A stretch of 64,000 nt of DNA, from contig OY969807.1 of the NCBI GenBank assembly GCA_963703285.1, positions 1,920,001 to 1,984,000 of the forward strand. The letters are read 5' to 3'. The first letter of the stretch is position 1, and every line of letters starts with the position of its first letter. The stretch comes from an uncultured Nitrososphaerota archaeon. GTDB taxonomy: Archaea > Thermoproteota > Nitrososphaeria > Nitrososphaerales > Gagatemarchaeaceae. Shown here in pieces: positions 19,282 through 29,458 of this stretch. The notes beneath the pieces are model-generated. The model saw only the letters and a program-made list of their open reading frames with translations. It searched no databases and had not been told where the DNA came from. The position numbers and the translations under genes were made by a program.

Positions 19282-20832
19282 GTGAAAACCAAGATTCTCG
19301 CGACCGCCCTAGTGGTCGCCATCATTCTCTTTCTCCCCATGGTGGCGAGCACCTCCAGCACGCTGACCTTCACGAGCCCCGCCTCGGGCGCCTCGCTGAG
19401 CGGCACCGAAGCTTACGTGATTAAGGGGACGATCACCCCGACACCGGCGCCCCCCGACAACGTCTTCATCTCCGTCTCCCCCCAGGGATCGAACAACGTG
19501 CTCGACGCCCAGCAGGTGACCCTCGCCAGCAACGGTACCTTCTCCTACTCGACGAACGTCGGAGGGAACAGTGCCTGGACGCCGGGCACCTACGTCATAA
19601 CGGCGTTCGACTCCTACGGCACAAAGGGCAGCACGACCTTCACCTATGACATGAACACCACTACCACCTCGACGAGCACCTCCACGTCTACCTCGACGAG
19701 CACGTCCACAACCGCGTCGACCTCGGCGTCAGTGAACTGCTCCCCGTCTTCCGTGAGCGTGGGATCCCCCTCGATTTGCACCGCCGCCGTAACCGGTTCT
19801 GCGCCCACAGGCACAGTAAGTTGGAGTCAGAGCACCCTCCTCGCCGGACCCCAGGGATCCGTGACCTTCTCGTCTGCGTCGTGCAGCCTTTCGGACGGAA
19901 CCTGCTCTGTCGAAGCGACGGGAGCTTCCATAGGCTCGGTTCAGGTGCAGGCCTCCTACGGCGGGGACGCGAACAACCTGGGGAGCTCGAACACCTTCTC
20001 GCTTGCCGTGACGACACCAACGCTTGCAGTCAGCCCGAACCAGGGACCCGCGGGAGTCTCCACGAAGCTCTCCGGCTCGGGATACTCCTTCTCCTCCACC
20101 TACGACTACTGCTATGAGGCGGACTCGCCGAGCGCTACAGCATGCTCCCCAGCCCATACGTTCACGACGAGCGCCTCCGGCTCCATACCTGCGGGGGAAT
20201 CCGTCACCACCAGCGAATCCAGCAATGGCCTCGTTGTTGTGAGTGACCCGGTGTCTGGCAGCGTGGTTAGCTCGGCCGGATTCACCATAACCTCGCCGGC
20301 GATAACCCTCGACCCCTCTTCTGGTTTCGTGGGCTCTTCGGTCACCGTCTCAGGTTCAGGCTTCTCCGTGAACACAACGATCGGGACGTTCACCTATGCC
20401 GGGACCAGTCCTTCCAATCAGACCTGCACCTCGCAGACCACATCCTCGACGGGCGGGTTCTCCTGCACGTTCACCGTGCCCGCCTCGAGCGGTACCAACA
20501 CGATAGTGGCGTCGGGCAGTGATATCGCCTCCCTGTCAGCAGATACCGCGTCTTCACCCTTCACAGTCCTCGTCCTCACCACGACGTCTACGACCTCATC
20601 AACCACGTCCACGACGTCTTCTACGACCTCGACGTTCTCGCAGTCGTTCCCGACCACCAGCACCACCTCAACCACGACGACCTCATCCTCGGCGGCAAGC
20701 AGCACGAGCCTCTCGCCCGCTTTCGGCATCGGAGTGACGGTAGTCCTGCTGGTCGTCTCGCTCTCCCTCCTTACGGGAGCCCGTAGGGCCGGCAAGCCCG
20801 CGCCGGTCGCCCGTCCGTCATTGACGTCTTAA
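19282..20832 (+). CDS. Secreted S/T-rich surface protein with Ig-like domains and a C-terminal TM anchor
   Basis: Signal peptide, (TS)n linkers, ASYGGDANN, paired Cys, TM helix plus basic tail. Confidence 0.8.
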   Translation: MKTKILATALVVAIILFLPMVASTSSTLTFTSPASGASLSGTEAYVIKGTITPTPAPPDNVFISVSPQGSNNVLDAQQVTLASNGTFSYSTNVGGNSAWTPGTYVITAFDSYGTKGSTTFTYDMNTTTTSTSTSTSTSTSTSTTASTSASVNCSPSSVSVGSPSICTAAVTGSAPTGTVSWSQSTLLAGPQGSVTFSSASCSLSDGTCSVEATGASIGSVQVQASYGGDANNLGSSNTFSLAVTTPTLAVSPNQGPAGVSTKLSGSGYSFSSTYDYCYEADSPSATACSPAHTFTTSASGSIPAGESVTTSESSNGLVVVSDPVSGSVVSSAGFTITSPAITLDPSSGFVGSSVTVSGSGFSVNTTIGTFTYAGTSPSNQTCTSQTTSSTGGFSCTFTVPASSGTNTIVASGSDIASLSADTASSPFTVLVLTTTSTTSSTTSTTSSTTSTFSQSFPTTSTTSTTTTSSSAASSTSLSPAFGIGVTVVLLVVSLSLLTGARRAGKPAPVARPSLTS

Positions 20833-20874
20833 TCATTCTTAAGGCGGGTCCGCCCAACTTCGCCGGCATACTCG

Positions 20875-21774
20875 TTGAGCACAAGTCCGCGCGGAGGGGC
20901 GTCCAGACTCAGGCGGCTGATCAAGAGGGATGGGTGCACGCCCGTGCCGGGCGTCTTCAGCCCATCCGTGGGACTCCTCGCCGCCAGGGCCGGGTTCGAG
21001 GCGCTCTACTTCTCGGGGGCCGCATTCTCCGGCTTGCTCGGCCTCCCCGACCTCGGCGTGACGACCCTGACCGAGGTGGCGACGGCCGTCGCCCAGATAA
21101 CCTCGAGGGTCGACCTGCCCCTGATAGTCGACGCCGACACCGGTTTCGGCGAGACCGTCAACGTCGCCCGGACGGCGGCCGAGATGGTGAAGGCTGGGGC
21201 CGCGGCCATACAGGTCGAGGACCAGGTCATGCCGAAGAGGTGCGGCCACCTCGAGGGAAAGCGGCTCGTCAGCGAGGAGGAGATGGCGGAGAAGCTCATC
21301 GCGGCCAGGGAGGCCGCGGGAATTGGGCTCGTGTTAGTGGCTCGGACCGACGCCGCCTCCGTCGAGGGCATCGACGCCGCCGTCAGCAGGGCGAGGCTCT
21401 ACCTCAGAGCGGGGGCTGACGTGATCTTCCCGGAGGCGCTCCGCGACGCCGGCGAATTCCGGGAAGTCGCCAGGAAGGTGCCCGGCCCCCTCCTCGCGAA
21501 CATGACCGAGTTCGGAAGGACCGAGTACATCTCTGTCTCTCAGTTCGAGAAGCTGGGCTACAGGCTCGTGATTTTCCCGGTCACGACCTTCAGGGTGATG
21601 ATGAGGTCCGTCGAGGAGGCGCTCGGAGAGCTCGCCTCGAGGGGGACGCAGAGGCGGCTTCTGAAGCGGATGATGGGCAGAGAGGAGTTCTACGACCTCA
21701 TAGGCTACCGCGCGTACGAGGCCCTGGACGGAAAGGTTTCGACCAGAGCGAAACGATTGATGGATACCAATTAA
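20875..21774 (+). CDS. prpB: 2-methylisocitrate lyase
   Basis: DADTGFG, EDQVMPKRCGH, ARTDA, LANMTEFGRT. Confidence 0.93.
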   Translation: MSTSPRGGASRLRRLIKRDGCTPVPGVFSPSVGLLAARAGFEALYFSGAAFSGLLGLPDLGVTTLTEVATAVAQITSRVDLPLIVDADTGFGETVNVARTAAEMVKAGAAAIQVEDQVMPKRCGHLEGKRLVSEEEMAEKLIAAREAAGIGLVLVARTDAASVEGIDAAVSRARLYLRAGADVIFPEALRDAGEFREVARKVPGPLLANMTEFGRTEYISVSQFEKLGYRLVIFPVTTFRVMMRSVEEALGELASRGTQRRLLKRMMGREEFYDLIGYRAYEALDGKVSTRAKRLMDTN

Positions 21775-21783
21775 TAGTGGCGA

Positions 21784-22923
21784 ATGGAAATCAACGCTGA
21801 AATATCTGCGATGCCAGAGACGATTCGCGCGCCCGACGGTCTCTACGGAGTGGCTGTCGCGGAGACGAGCGTCTCAAGGGGCAGCCCCGACGGTAAGCTC
21901 ACGTTCAGGGGCTACCCGGTCGAGGAACTCTTCGAGAAGGCCTCGTACGAGGAGTGCGCGTTCCTCATCATGGAGGGGAGGCTCCCGCGGAAGGCCGAGC
22001 TCGACGCGTTCGAAGAAAGGCTCCGGCTCCATGCCAGGGTTCCGGACAACGTCTACGAAGTCGTGCGCGCTCTCCCCAGGGACGGCCACCTCATGGACCT
22101 GCTCAGGACCGCCGTCTCGGCCCTCGGAGCGAGCGAGGCGTCGCTCGGAGCGAAGGACCAGCAGTACTCGCTGGTCGCGAAGATGCCCACGCTGGCGGCG
22201 AACTGCTACAGGATATCCAAGGGGTTGCCGACCGTCGAGCCCGACCCTCTGCTGGGCCACGCTGCCAACCTGCTCTACATGATCAGTGGGAGCCGCCCGG
22301 AGAAGTTCGACGCGTGGGCCTTCGAGCGCGAGCTGATACTCTACCTCGAGCACGACATGAACGCGTCGACGTTCACGGTGAGGGTCGTCGCCTCCACCCT
22401 CGCCGACATCTACGCCGCATCCACGGCGGGCCTGGCCTCGCTCAAGGGCCCCCTGCACGGCGGGGCGAACGAGGGGGCGATGGAGATGCTCTTGGAGATA
22501 GGCTCTCCGGACAGGGCGGTCCCCTACGTGAAGGAGGCGCTCTCACAGGGGAGGAAGCTCCTGGGCTTCGGCCACAGGGTCTACAAGAAGGTGGACCCGA
22601 GGGCCGCCCTGAGCAAAGGAATGCTCAAGCGGCTCCTGGACGAGAGGGGCAAGGGCGACGACCTCTACGTGCTCTGCGAGGCTGTCTCCTCCGCCATGTG
22701 GGACGCGAAGAAGATTCCGGCGAACCTCGACTTCTACGCGGCGCCGATCTTCTACACGCTCTCGATACCGATACCCCTCTACACGCCGATATTCGCCTCG
22801 AGCAGGATCGTCGGGTGGACGGCGCACTACAACGAGCAGATAGCACGGAACAAGCTCTTCAGGCCCGACTCGACCTACGTCGGCTCGAAGGACCTCGCCT
22901 ACGTGCCACTGGACAAGCGATGA
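21784..22923 (+). CDS. prpC: 2-methylcitrate/citrate synthase
   Basis: EHDMNASTF, GPLHGGANE, GFGHRVYK, NLDFY; follows prpB. Confidence 0.85.
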   Translation: MEINAEISAMPETIRAPDGLYGVAVAETSVSRGSPDGKLTFRGYPVEELFEKASYEECAFLIMEGRLPRKAELDAFEERLRLHARVPDNVYEVVRALPRDGHLMDLLRTAVSALGASEASLGAKDQQYSLVAKMPTLAANCYRISKGLPTVEPDPLLGHAANLLYMISGSRPEKFDAWAFERELILYLEHDMNASTFTVRVVASTLADIYAASTAGLASLKGPLHGGANEGAMEMLLEIGSPDRAVPYVKEALSQGRKLLGFGHRVYKKVDPRAALSKGMLKRLLDERGKGDDLYVLCEAVSSAMWDAKKIPANLDFYAAPIFYTLSIPIPLYTPIFASSRIVGWTAHYNEQIARNKLFRPDSTYVGSKDLAYVPLDKR

Positions 22924-24285
22924 CTAGAGCGCGCAGAGCTCGGCGAGGGAGGCCGCTCGGTCCCGCTTCTCGAGGCTCCAGGCGAAGTCGGCCACCTCGC
23001 GGGCCTGCGACTCATCGAAGAACCTCTTCGTGAGCAGTCTGAACTTCGCATCCACCTCCTCCTGCGTCATCGGGTTGTTCGGATGGCCCTTCGGGTCGTC
23101 GACCTGCACCGTCACCGTCCTCCCGCCCCTGAGCCTGAGGGTGACGCGGTTGGCGACGTGCGCGGGATAGGACTCCGTGAGCGACCTGTCCTCCATCACC
23201 TTGATCCTCTTCATGAAGGAGAGGACGCGGCGGTCGGAGAGGTACCTCGCAGAGTAGGTGGAGTTGTCGACCCTGCCATGAAGAAGCGCCATCCCCACCA
23301 TGTAGGGCATGCTGTGGTCGGCGGTCTCCCTTGTGGAGGGGGCCCACTTCTCCCTGTCCTTCCCGAGTATCGTGTAGCCGGCCTCTTGGGTCTCGACCTC
23401 GACGGAGACGATCTCCTCGGGGTCCCCGGCCTCCTCGCGAGCCTGCAGGGCTGCCCAGATCGCGCTCTGCGCGTGGTACTCGGCGGGGAAGTACTTGATG
23501 TACGTCTCGCCGAGCTTGAAGCGTCTCCTCGCGCCGCCGAAGCTCCCGGTCTCGAGCTCGAACGGACCGGAGACCTGCCTGAAGAATCCCATCTCTCCCT
23601 CGAAGATCGGGGAGGGGCCCGTCATCCCGTTGGCCGCGAGCATCGCTGCGAAGACCGCGTTCCTCGCCGCGTTGGCGAAGGACGCGCCCTTCCATTCCGA
23701 GAGCTCCCCCGCCCGCACCTGCCGCATCGCGATGTGGGAGTTGAGGGAGATGTTGACCGCGTGTGTGAGCTGCTCCCTCGAGAGGCCCATGATCCTCCCC
23801 GCAGCCAGGGCGGTGGAGACGAGCCCATAGCAGACGTGGTCCCACCCCCTGTGCCTGATGTCGGCGGCGTCGCACAGCCTGCACTGGATCTCGTAGGCCA
23901 GGACGATGGCCGCGAGGAGGTCCTTCCCGGTGGCCTTCTCCCGCTCCCCGACCGCCAGGCAGGCCGGGATGTTGTCGCTCGGGTGGCCGGGTTCCCTCGA
24001 CAGGTAGGTGTCGTTGTAGTCGAAGTACCTCACCATCAAGCCGTTCACGAAAGCGGCCACGTCCGCGCTCGTCCTGGAGGTGGTGCCCAGGATCGTCGAT
24101 GCCCCGCCGCGATGCTCGGACCTGGCGACCTTCCTCGCGATCCTCACCGGCGACTCGGCGTAGGCGCCGATGGCGCACCCTATGCTGTCGACGATCCTCT
24201 TCTTGGCCTCAGCGAGAACGTCCTCCCCGATGTCCGCGTACTCCAGTCCCAGAGCGTACTCGCTCAGCCTTTCTGCTAGGTTCAT
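22924..24285 (-). CDS. prpD: 2-methylcitrate dehydratase (MmgE/PrpD)
   Basis: RYFDYNDT, GHPSDN, RAGELSEWKG, PAEYHAQS, TADHS. Confidence 0.92.
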   Translation of the reverse strand: MNLAERLSEYALGLEYADIGEDVLAEAKKRIVDSIGCAIGAYAESPVRIARKVARSEHRGGASTILGTTSRTSADVAAFVNGLMVRYFDYNDTYLSREPGHPSDNIPACLAVGEREKATGKDLLAAIVLAYEIQCRLCDAADIRHRGWDHVCYGLVSTALAAGRIMGLSREQLTHAVNISLNSHIAMRQVRAGELSEWKGASFANAARNAVFAAMLAANGMTGPSPIFEGEMGFFRQVSGPFELETGSFGGARRRFKLGETYIKYFPAEYHAQSAIWAALQAREEAGDPEEIVSVEVETQEAGYTILGKDREKWAPSTRETADHSMPYMVGMALLHGRVDNSTYSARYLSDRRVLSFMKRIKVMEDRSLTESYPAHVANRVTLRLRGGRTVTVQVDDPKGHPNNPMTQEEVDAKFRLLTKRFFDESQAREVADFAWSLEKRDRAASLAELCAL

Positions 24286-25246
24286 CTTGACGCTTCGGGA
24301 GACCGGGCGCGCCCCGATATCTCCGTTGGCTCTCCGCCAGGGCCTCCGCCGCCTGACGGAAGGTGACCGACCCGTCCGAGACCTTCCTCGCGAGCTCGAG
24401 CGACTCCTCCCGGGCCCTGCCCTCGAACCCACGGAGCAGCCTCTTCTTCGCCAGCTCCATGATCATCCCCCCTGCGCTCCTGAGCCTCATCTCCTCCCCG
24501 CCCGGAGAGAGGAACCTACCCCTCAGCGCCTCGATGGCGTCGAGGAAGTCATCGACCCCCTCCCCGCCCAGCGCCGAGACCTTGAGCACTGGCGGGCTCC
24601 TGCCCTTCATGTCGCGGACCATGGAGAGCAGATTAACCACCATCGCGTCGGCGCCGGCCAGGTCCGACTTGTTCACGACGTAGACGTCCCCAATCTCCAT
24701 GAGGCCCGCCTTCGAGACCTGGACGTCGTCGCCCAGTCCCGGCATCGTGACCACCGCCACCGCGTGGACGATCTTCATCACCTCTATGTCTGACTGGCCT
24801 ATCCCGACCGTCTCCACGATCACCACGTCCATCCCCGCGGCGTCCAGAATCTGAATCGCTTCGGAGACCGCCCCCGACAGCCCGCCGCTCCAGCCGCGGG
24901 AGGCCATGCTCCTGATGAAGACGCCCCCGTCCAGGGTGTGCCGGACCATCCTCACCCTGTCCCCCAGCAGGGCGCCACCCGTGATCGGGCTGGTCGGGTC
25001 CACCGCTATGACCCCGACCTTCTTGCCCTTCTTCCTGTAACCGGTTATGATGCGGTCGACGAGGGTGCTCTTCCCGGTCCCCGGGGGGCCGGTGACGCCG
25101 AGGATGAACGCCCTCCCGAGGCTTCCCCCTAACCCGTCCAGCAGGTCCGCCGAATCGTCGCCGTTCTCCACGAGCGTTATCGCCCTGGCGACGGCTCCCC
25201 TCTCTCCCTTCAGGACACGGCTGGCCAGAGTGCCCGTTCTCAACAC
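24209..25246 (-). CDS. meaB: Acyl-CoA mutase chaperone GTPase
   Basis: GPPGTGKST, AVDPTSP..GALLGDRVRM, RSMASRG, ETVGIGQS, NKSD. Confidence 0.93.
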   Translation of the reverse strand: MLRTGTLASRVLKGERGAVARAITLVENGDDSADLLDGLGGSLGRAFILGVTGPPGTGKSTLVDRIITGYRKKGKKVGVIAVDPTSPITGGALLGDRVRMVRHTLDGGVFIRSMASRGWSGGLSGAVSEAIQILDAAGMDVVIVETVGIGQSDIEVMKIVHAVAVVTMPGLGDDVQVSKAGLMEIGDVYVVNKSDLAGADAMVVNLLSMVRDMKGRSPPVLKVSALGGEGVDDFLDAIEALRGRFLSPGGEEMRLRSAGGMIMELAKKRLLRGFEGRAREESLELARKVSDGSVTFRQAAEALAESQRRYRGAPGLPKRQDEPSRKAERVRSGTGVRGHRGGRSR

Positions 25247-25329
25247 GCGACCGGTCGCGTCGACCTCCCCGTCTTCAATTAAAGGTAGCCCTCCCTTATT
25301 ATCCGGGACCGGAAGACCCGGCCTCACCC

Positions 25330-26004
25330 TTGTCGCTCGTCGAGTGGACCAGGAGGAGGACGCGGCTGGATCCCCGGGCCCTGGCGGTCGAGATGTGCTC
25401 CCGCCGCGCGCCAGAAGGGATGGTGGTCCAGGGGACCTCGGCTCGGGAAGGCCTGTCGTTCTCGGTGATCCTAAGACCCGAGCGCACCCCCCACGCGGGC
25501 CTCCTCCCAATCATCGCGACCTTCTGCGCCTCCGAAGGGACGAGGAAGGACACCGGCATGATTACTTGGATACGGTGGCCGGACGAGGTCGTGGTCGGAG
25601 GACTCGCGCTCGCCGTCACCTCGGTGACGCGGGGGGCGTCGGGGAGCTCCCCCTGGGCGGTCCTGAACTTCCGCTTCAACCTCGGGAGCGTCGGCATCCC
25701 GGGCTCGACCTCCCTCAGGGCCCTCCTCGGGGTGGACGTTGACCCCGACATGCTTGTCGGGAAGGTCCTCGACTCGCTCGCCTGGATGCATTCGGGCTGG
25801 GTGAAGGGCATGACGACGCAGGTCCTCGCCCGCATCACCTGGATGCTCGAGAGCCCTGGCGAGAGGGTCGCCGTCGAAGTGGAGGGAAGGGTGGTCCCGG
25901 GGGTCGCCAGGGGAGTGGACGAGGAAGGCAGGCTCATCGTCGAGCTGGACGGCACCGGCGCCCGCGTCGCCATCGAGGAGAAATCGCGGCTCCGCGCGCC
26001 CTGA
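25330..26004 (+). CDS. Biotin-protein-ligase (BirA/BPL) fold protein lacking catalytic motifs
   Basis: GLSFSVILRP, RWPDEVVV, STSL..LG, GVARGVDEEGRLIV align with BPL; GRGRxGRxW loop absent. Confidence 0.75.
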   Translation: MSLVEWTRRRTRLDPRALAVEMCSRRAPEGMVVQGTSAREGLSFSVILRPERTPHAGLLPIIATFCASEGTRKDTGMITWIRWPDEVVVGGLALAVTSVTRGASGSSPWAVLNFRFNLGSVGIPGSTSLRALLGVDVDPDMLVGKVLDSLAWMHSGWVKGMTTQVLARITWMLESPGERVAVEVEGRVVPGVARGVDEEGRLIVELDGTGARVAIEEKSRLRAP

Positions 26005-26043
26005 GGATATCGTTTATCAGTAGGCCGGTTGGTTCCGGGACCG

Positions 26044-27792
26044 ATGCTGAACTCGGGCGGAGACGCCTACTGGCCGAGGAAGGCGAGGTCCCTCGAGGTG
26101 AGGCGGAAGCAGAACGGGAAGGTCTTCGACGAGGCCGCCCTCAGGGACATCCGCCGCGGGATGAAGAAGTGGCAGGAGGAGGTCCTCGGCCCATCCCTCG
26201 GTGCGAAGGTGAGGGAGTACGAGACCGCCTCCGGGATACCCCTCGAACCGATATACACCCCAGGCGACGCGGGCGACATCCCCTTCTCGGAGGAGACGTT
26301 CCCGGGCGTCTACCCGTACACGAGGGGCGTCTATCCCTCCATGTACCGCGGGAGGCCCTGGACCATGAGGATGTTCTCGGGCTTCGGGGTGCCCGAGGAC
26401 ACCAACAGGCGGCTCAAGCTCCTGTTGGCGCACGGGGAGACCGGCCTGAGCATAGCGTTCGACATGCCCACCCTCTATGGCTACGACGCGGACCACGAGA
26501 AGGCGCACGGGGAGGTCGGCAGGTGCGGCGTCAACGTCTCGTCCCTCAGGGACATGGAGGTCATCTTCAAGGGGATACCGCTCGACAAGGTCAGCACGTC
26601 GATGACGATCAACGCGCCGGCCTCGGTCCTCACCTGCATGTACGCCGGCGTGGGAAGGACGACCGGCGTCCCCGCCGAGGCGCTGAAGGGGACGGTGCAG
26701 GCGGACATGCTCAAGGAGTACATAGCTCAGAAGGAGTGGGCGTACCCGCCCGAGGCCCACCTGCGCCTGGTGAGGGACATGATGGTCTACTGCACCAAGA
26801 ACATGCCCCTCTGGAACTACGTCAGCGTCAGCGGTTACCACATTCGCGAGGCGGGCTCGAGCGCGGTCCAGGAGCTGGCGTTCACCCTGGCCGACGGCTT
26901 CGGATACGTCGAGCTGGGGCTCGAGGCGGGTCTCAAGGTCGACGACTTCGCCCCGAGGCTGTCCTTCTTCTTCAACTCGACGATGGATTTCTTCGAGGAG
27001 ATAGCGAAGTTCAGGGCCGCTAGGAGGATCTGGGCGACCGTCCTGCGCGAGAAGTACGGAGCCAAGAGCCCCAGGAGCCTCCTCATGAGGTTCCACACCC
27101 AGACCTCGGGCGCCTCTCTCACCTGGCAGCAGCCCTACAACAACATCATCAGGACCGCCATAGAGGCGCTCGCGGCTGTCTTGGGGGGAACCCAGTCGCT
27201 TCACACCAACTCCTTCGACGAGGCGTGGGCGCTCCCGACGGAGGAGGCGGTCCAGGTCGCGCTCAGGACGCAGCAGATCATCGCCGAGGAGACAGGGGTG
27301 CCAAGCGTCATCGACCCCCTCGGAGGCTCATACTACGTCGAGTGGCTCACGGAGACGCTCGAGCGGGAGGCCTACAGGTACTTCGACAGGATCGACTCCG
27401 CAGGAGGCCTGCTCAAGGCCATAGAGTCGGGATACCTGCAGCGGGAGATAGCCGAGAACTCCTACAGGCTCTCCAAGCGCCTGGAGAGGGGGGAGGACGC
27501 GGTCGTGGGCGTCAACAAGTACCCCGTCAAGGAGGAGGCGCCCATCAACACGCTCAAGATCGATTTCAAGGCCCAGAGGCGGCAGATAGGCCGCCTGCGC
27601 AGGCTCAGGGCCGAGAGGGACAACGCCAGGGTCGAGTCCCTCCTCCAGAAGCTCGGGAAAGCCTACTCGGACCCGGACGCCAACGCGATCTACCCGATGA
27701 TGGAGGCCGTGATGGCCTACGCCACGCTCGGCGAGGTCATGCAGGTCGGTAGGGACGTGTGGGGCACGTGGAAGGAGCCCATAATCATCTAG
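26044..27792 (+). CDS. B12-dependent acyl-CoA mutase large subunit with isobutyryl-CoA-mutase-type residues
   Basis: PYTRG, WTMRMFSGF, EYIAQKEW, SGYHIREAG, QSLHTNSFDEA. Confidence 0.9.
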   Translation: MLNSGGDAYWPRKARSLEVRRKQNGKVFDEAALRDIRRGMKKWQEEVLGPSLGAKVREYETASGIPLEPIYTPGDAGDIPFSEETFPGVYPYTRGVYPSMYRGRPWTMRMFSGFGVPEDTNRRLKLLLAHGETGLSIAFDMPTLYGYDADHEKAHGEVGRCGVNVSSLRDMEVIFKGIPLDKVSTSMTINAPASVLTCMYAGVGRTTGVPAEALKGTVQADMLKEYIAQKEWAYPPEAHLRLVRDMMVYCTKNMPLWNYVSVSGYHIREAGSSAVQELAFTLADGFGYVELGLEAGLKVDDFAPRLSFFFNSTMDFFEEIAKFRAARRIWATVLREKYGAKSPRSLLMRFHTQTSGASLTWQQPYNNIIRTAIEALAAVLGGTQSLHTNSFDEAWALPTEEAVQVALRTQQIIAEETGVPSVIDPLGGSYYVEWLTETLEREAYRYFDRIDSAGGLLKAIESGYLQREIAENSYRLSKRLERGEDAVVGVNKYPVKEEAPINTLKIDFKAQRRQIGRLRRLRAERDNARVESLLQKLGKAYSDPDANAIYPMMEAVMAYATLGEVMQVGRDVWGTWKEPIII

Positions 27793-27804
27793 CGCTGATC
27801 AAGA

Positions 27805-28245
27805 ATGAAGGCGAAGACAAAGCGGTCCGCGACGGAGGCGGCGAGGAAGATCAGGATACTGGTCGCAAAGCCGGGGCTCGACGGCCACGACCGCGGTGTC
27901 CTAGTCCTGGCCCGGACCTTCAGGGACGCAGGGATGGAGGTGATCTACAGCGGCCTTCTCCCCACCCCCGAGGAGGTCGCGCAGATGGCCGTAGACGAGG
28001 ACGTCGACGTCGTGGCCCTCTCGCTGCTGAACGGCGCGCACCTCACGGCCTTCCCGAGGGTGAAGAGGGCCCTCGACAGGAAGGGGGGAAGGGACATCGT
28101 GGTAGTCGGGGGCGGGATCATCCCCAACGAGGACAAGCCCGCCCTCCTCAAGCTGGGGATAACTGGGCTCTACGGGCCCGGGACGTCCATGGAGGAGATA
28201 ATCGAGCACATCAGGGGGAGGGTTAAGAAAGAAAGGTGGTCCTGA
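27805..28245 (+). CDS. Cobalamin-binding small subunit of the acyl-CoA mutase
   Basis: KPGLDGHDRG (DxHxxG), GGGIIP. Confidence 0.93.
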   Translation: MKAKTKRSATEAARKIRILVAKPGLDGHDRGVLVLARTFRDAGMEVIYSGLLPTPEEVAQMAVDEDVDVVALSLLNGAHLTAFPRVKRALDRKGGRDIVVVGGGIIPNEDKPALLKLGITGLYGPGTSMEEIIEHIRGRVKKERWS

Positions 28246-28276
28246 GCTGTCCGGGGACTTCGCCAGCCTCTCCCGC

Positions 28277-29458
28277 ATGGACCTGGAGCTGACCGAGATG
28301 CAGGCCCTCCTGCTCCAGCAGGTGGACAGGGTCTGCAGAGAAATCCGCCCCATAGAGGACAGGTGCTATCTGGAACACCGATTCGACGCGCAGGTCCGCA
28401 GGCTCTTCGCGGAGGCGCACCTGCTGGGCCTCCCCATCTCGAGGAGGTACGGGGACGGCCAGGGGACCGACATGGTCACCTACGCCCTTGCCATCGAGAG
28501 GATTGGAAGGGAGGGGACGGGGGTGAGGACGTTCTTCTCCGTCCACACCTCGCTCGGGATGCTGACGGTCCAGAGGTGGGGCGACGAAAGGCAGAAGGAG
28601 CGGTACCTGACGCCGGGGACGAAGGGTGAGAAGGTCCTCGCGTTCGGTCTCACGGAGCCCGAGGCCGGGAGCGACCCTGGCTCCCTGAGGACGGGTTTCG
28701 AGGAGAGAGGCGGCAGTTTCGTGATAAGCGGCCAGAAGATGTGGATCTCGAATGGCTCCATAGCGGACGCCGTCATCGTCTTTGCGAACTCCAGAGGGAA
28801 GCAGGGGATTTCCGCCTTCCTGGTGGATAAGGGCACGCCCGGCTTCTCCGCGGAACCCATAACGAACAAGATGGGGCTCTACTCGTCCGATACTGCAGCG
28901 ATCTTCCTGGACGAATGCGAGGTCCCGAGGGAGAACCTGCTCGGTCCGGCGGGGAAGGGGCTCTCCGTCGCTTACTCCGCCCTCATGAGCGGGAGGCTGA
29001 GCGTAGCGGCGGGGTGCGTGGGCGTCATCCAGGACTGTCTCGACGAGGCGGTCCGCTACTCGGGAGTCCGGGTGCAGCACGGGAAACTGATAGGCAAGCA
29101 CCAGCTGGTCCAGAGGCACATCGGCATAATGGCCGTGAACCTCGAGGCGTCAAGGTGGCTCACGATCCGCGCGGCCGTCCTCCGCCAGAAGCACCAGGAC
29201 CAGCCGAACGACGTCGCCGTCAGGGCCGCCGCCGACGCGGCCATCGCCAAGGCGAAGTACTTCGCAGCTAACGCGTCCTTCGACGCGGCCGACAGGGCCG
29301 TGCAAGTCTTCGGGGCCAACGGCTACTCCATCGAGAACAGGCCAGCGCGGCACCTGCTCGACAGCCGCGTCTGCAGGATCTACGAGGGGACGGACGAGGT
29401 CCTCGAGCAGAAGATAGCGGTCTCCGTCCTCGGGAAGGACTTCGAGGCCTATGCCTGA
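28277..29458 (+). CDS. Acyl-CoA dehydrogenase
   Basis: FGLTEPEAGSD, GQKMWISNG, QVFGANGY, IYEGT. Confidence 0.95.
   Translation: MDLELTEMQALLLQQVDRVCREIRPIEDRCYLEHRFDAQVRRLFAEAHLLGLPISRRYGDGQGTDMVTYALAIERIGREGTGVRTFFSVHTSLGMLTVQRWGDERQKERYLTPGTKGEKVLAFGLTEPEAGSDPGSLRTGFEERGGSFVISGQKMWISNGSIADAVIVFANSRGKQGISAFLVDKGTPGFSAEPITNKMGLYSSDTAAIFLDECEVPRENLLGPAGKGLSVAYSALMSGRLSVAAGCVGVIQDCLDEAVRYSGVRVQHGKLIGKHQLVQRHIGIMAVNLEASRWLTIRAAVLRQKHQDQPNDVAVRAAADAAIAKAKYFAANASFDAADRAVQVFGANGYSIENRPARHLLDSRVCRIYEGTDEVLEQKIAVSVLGKDFEAYA

Noticed and set aside
19655-19730. Short tandem repeats (also 20580-20705 and the YVTN repeats)
   Set aside because: Coding low-complexity or protein repeats; no CRISPR array or cas gene was seen in the window
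24209-24285. 77-nt meaB/prpD overlap as programmed recoding
   Set aside because: More simply a lost stop giving a non-conserved tail; no slippery site is evident
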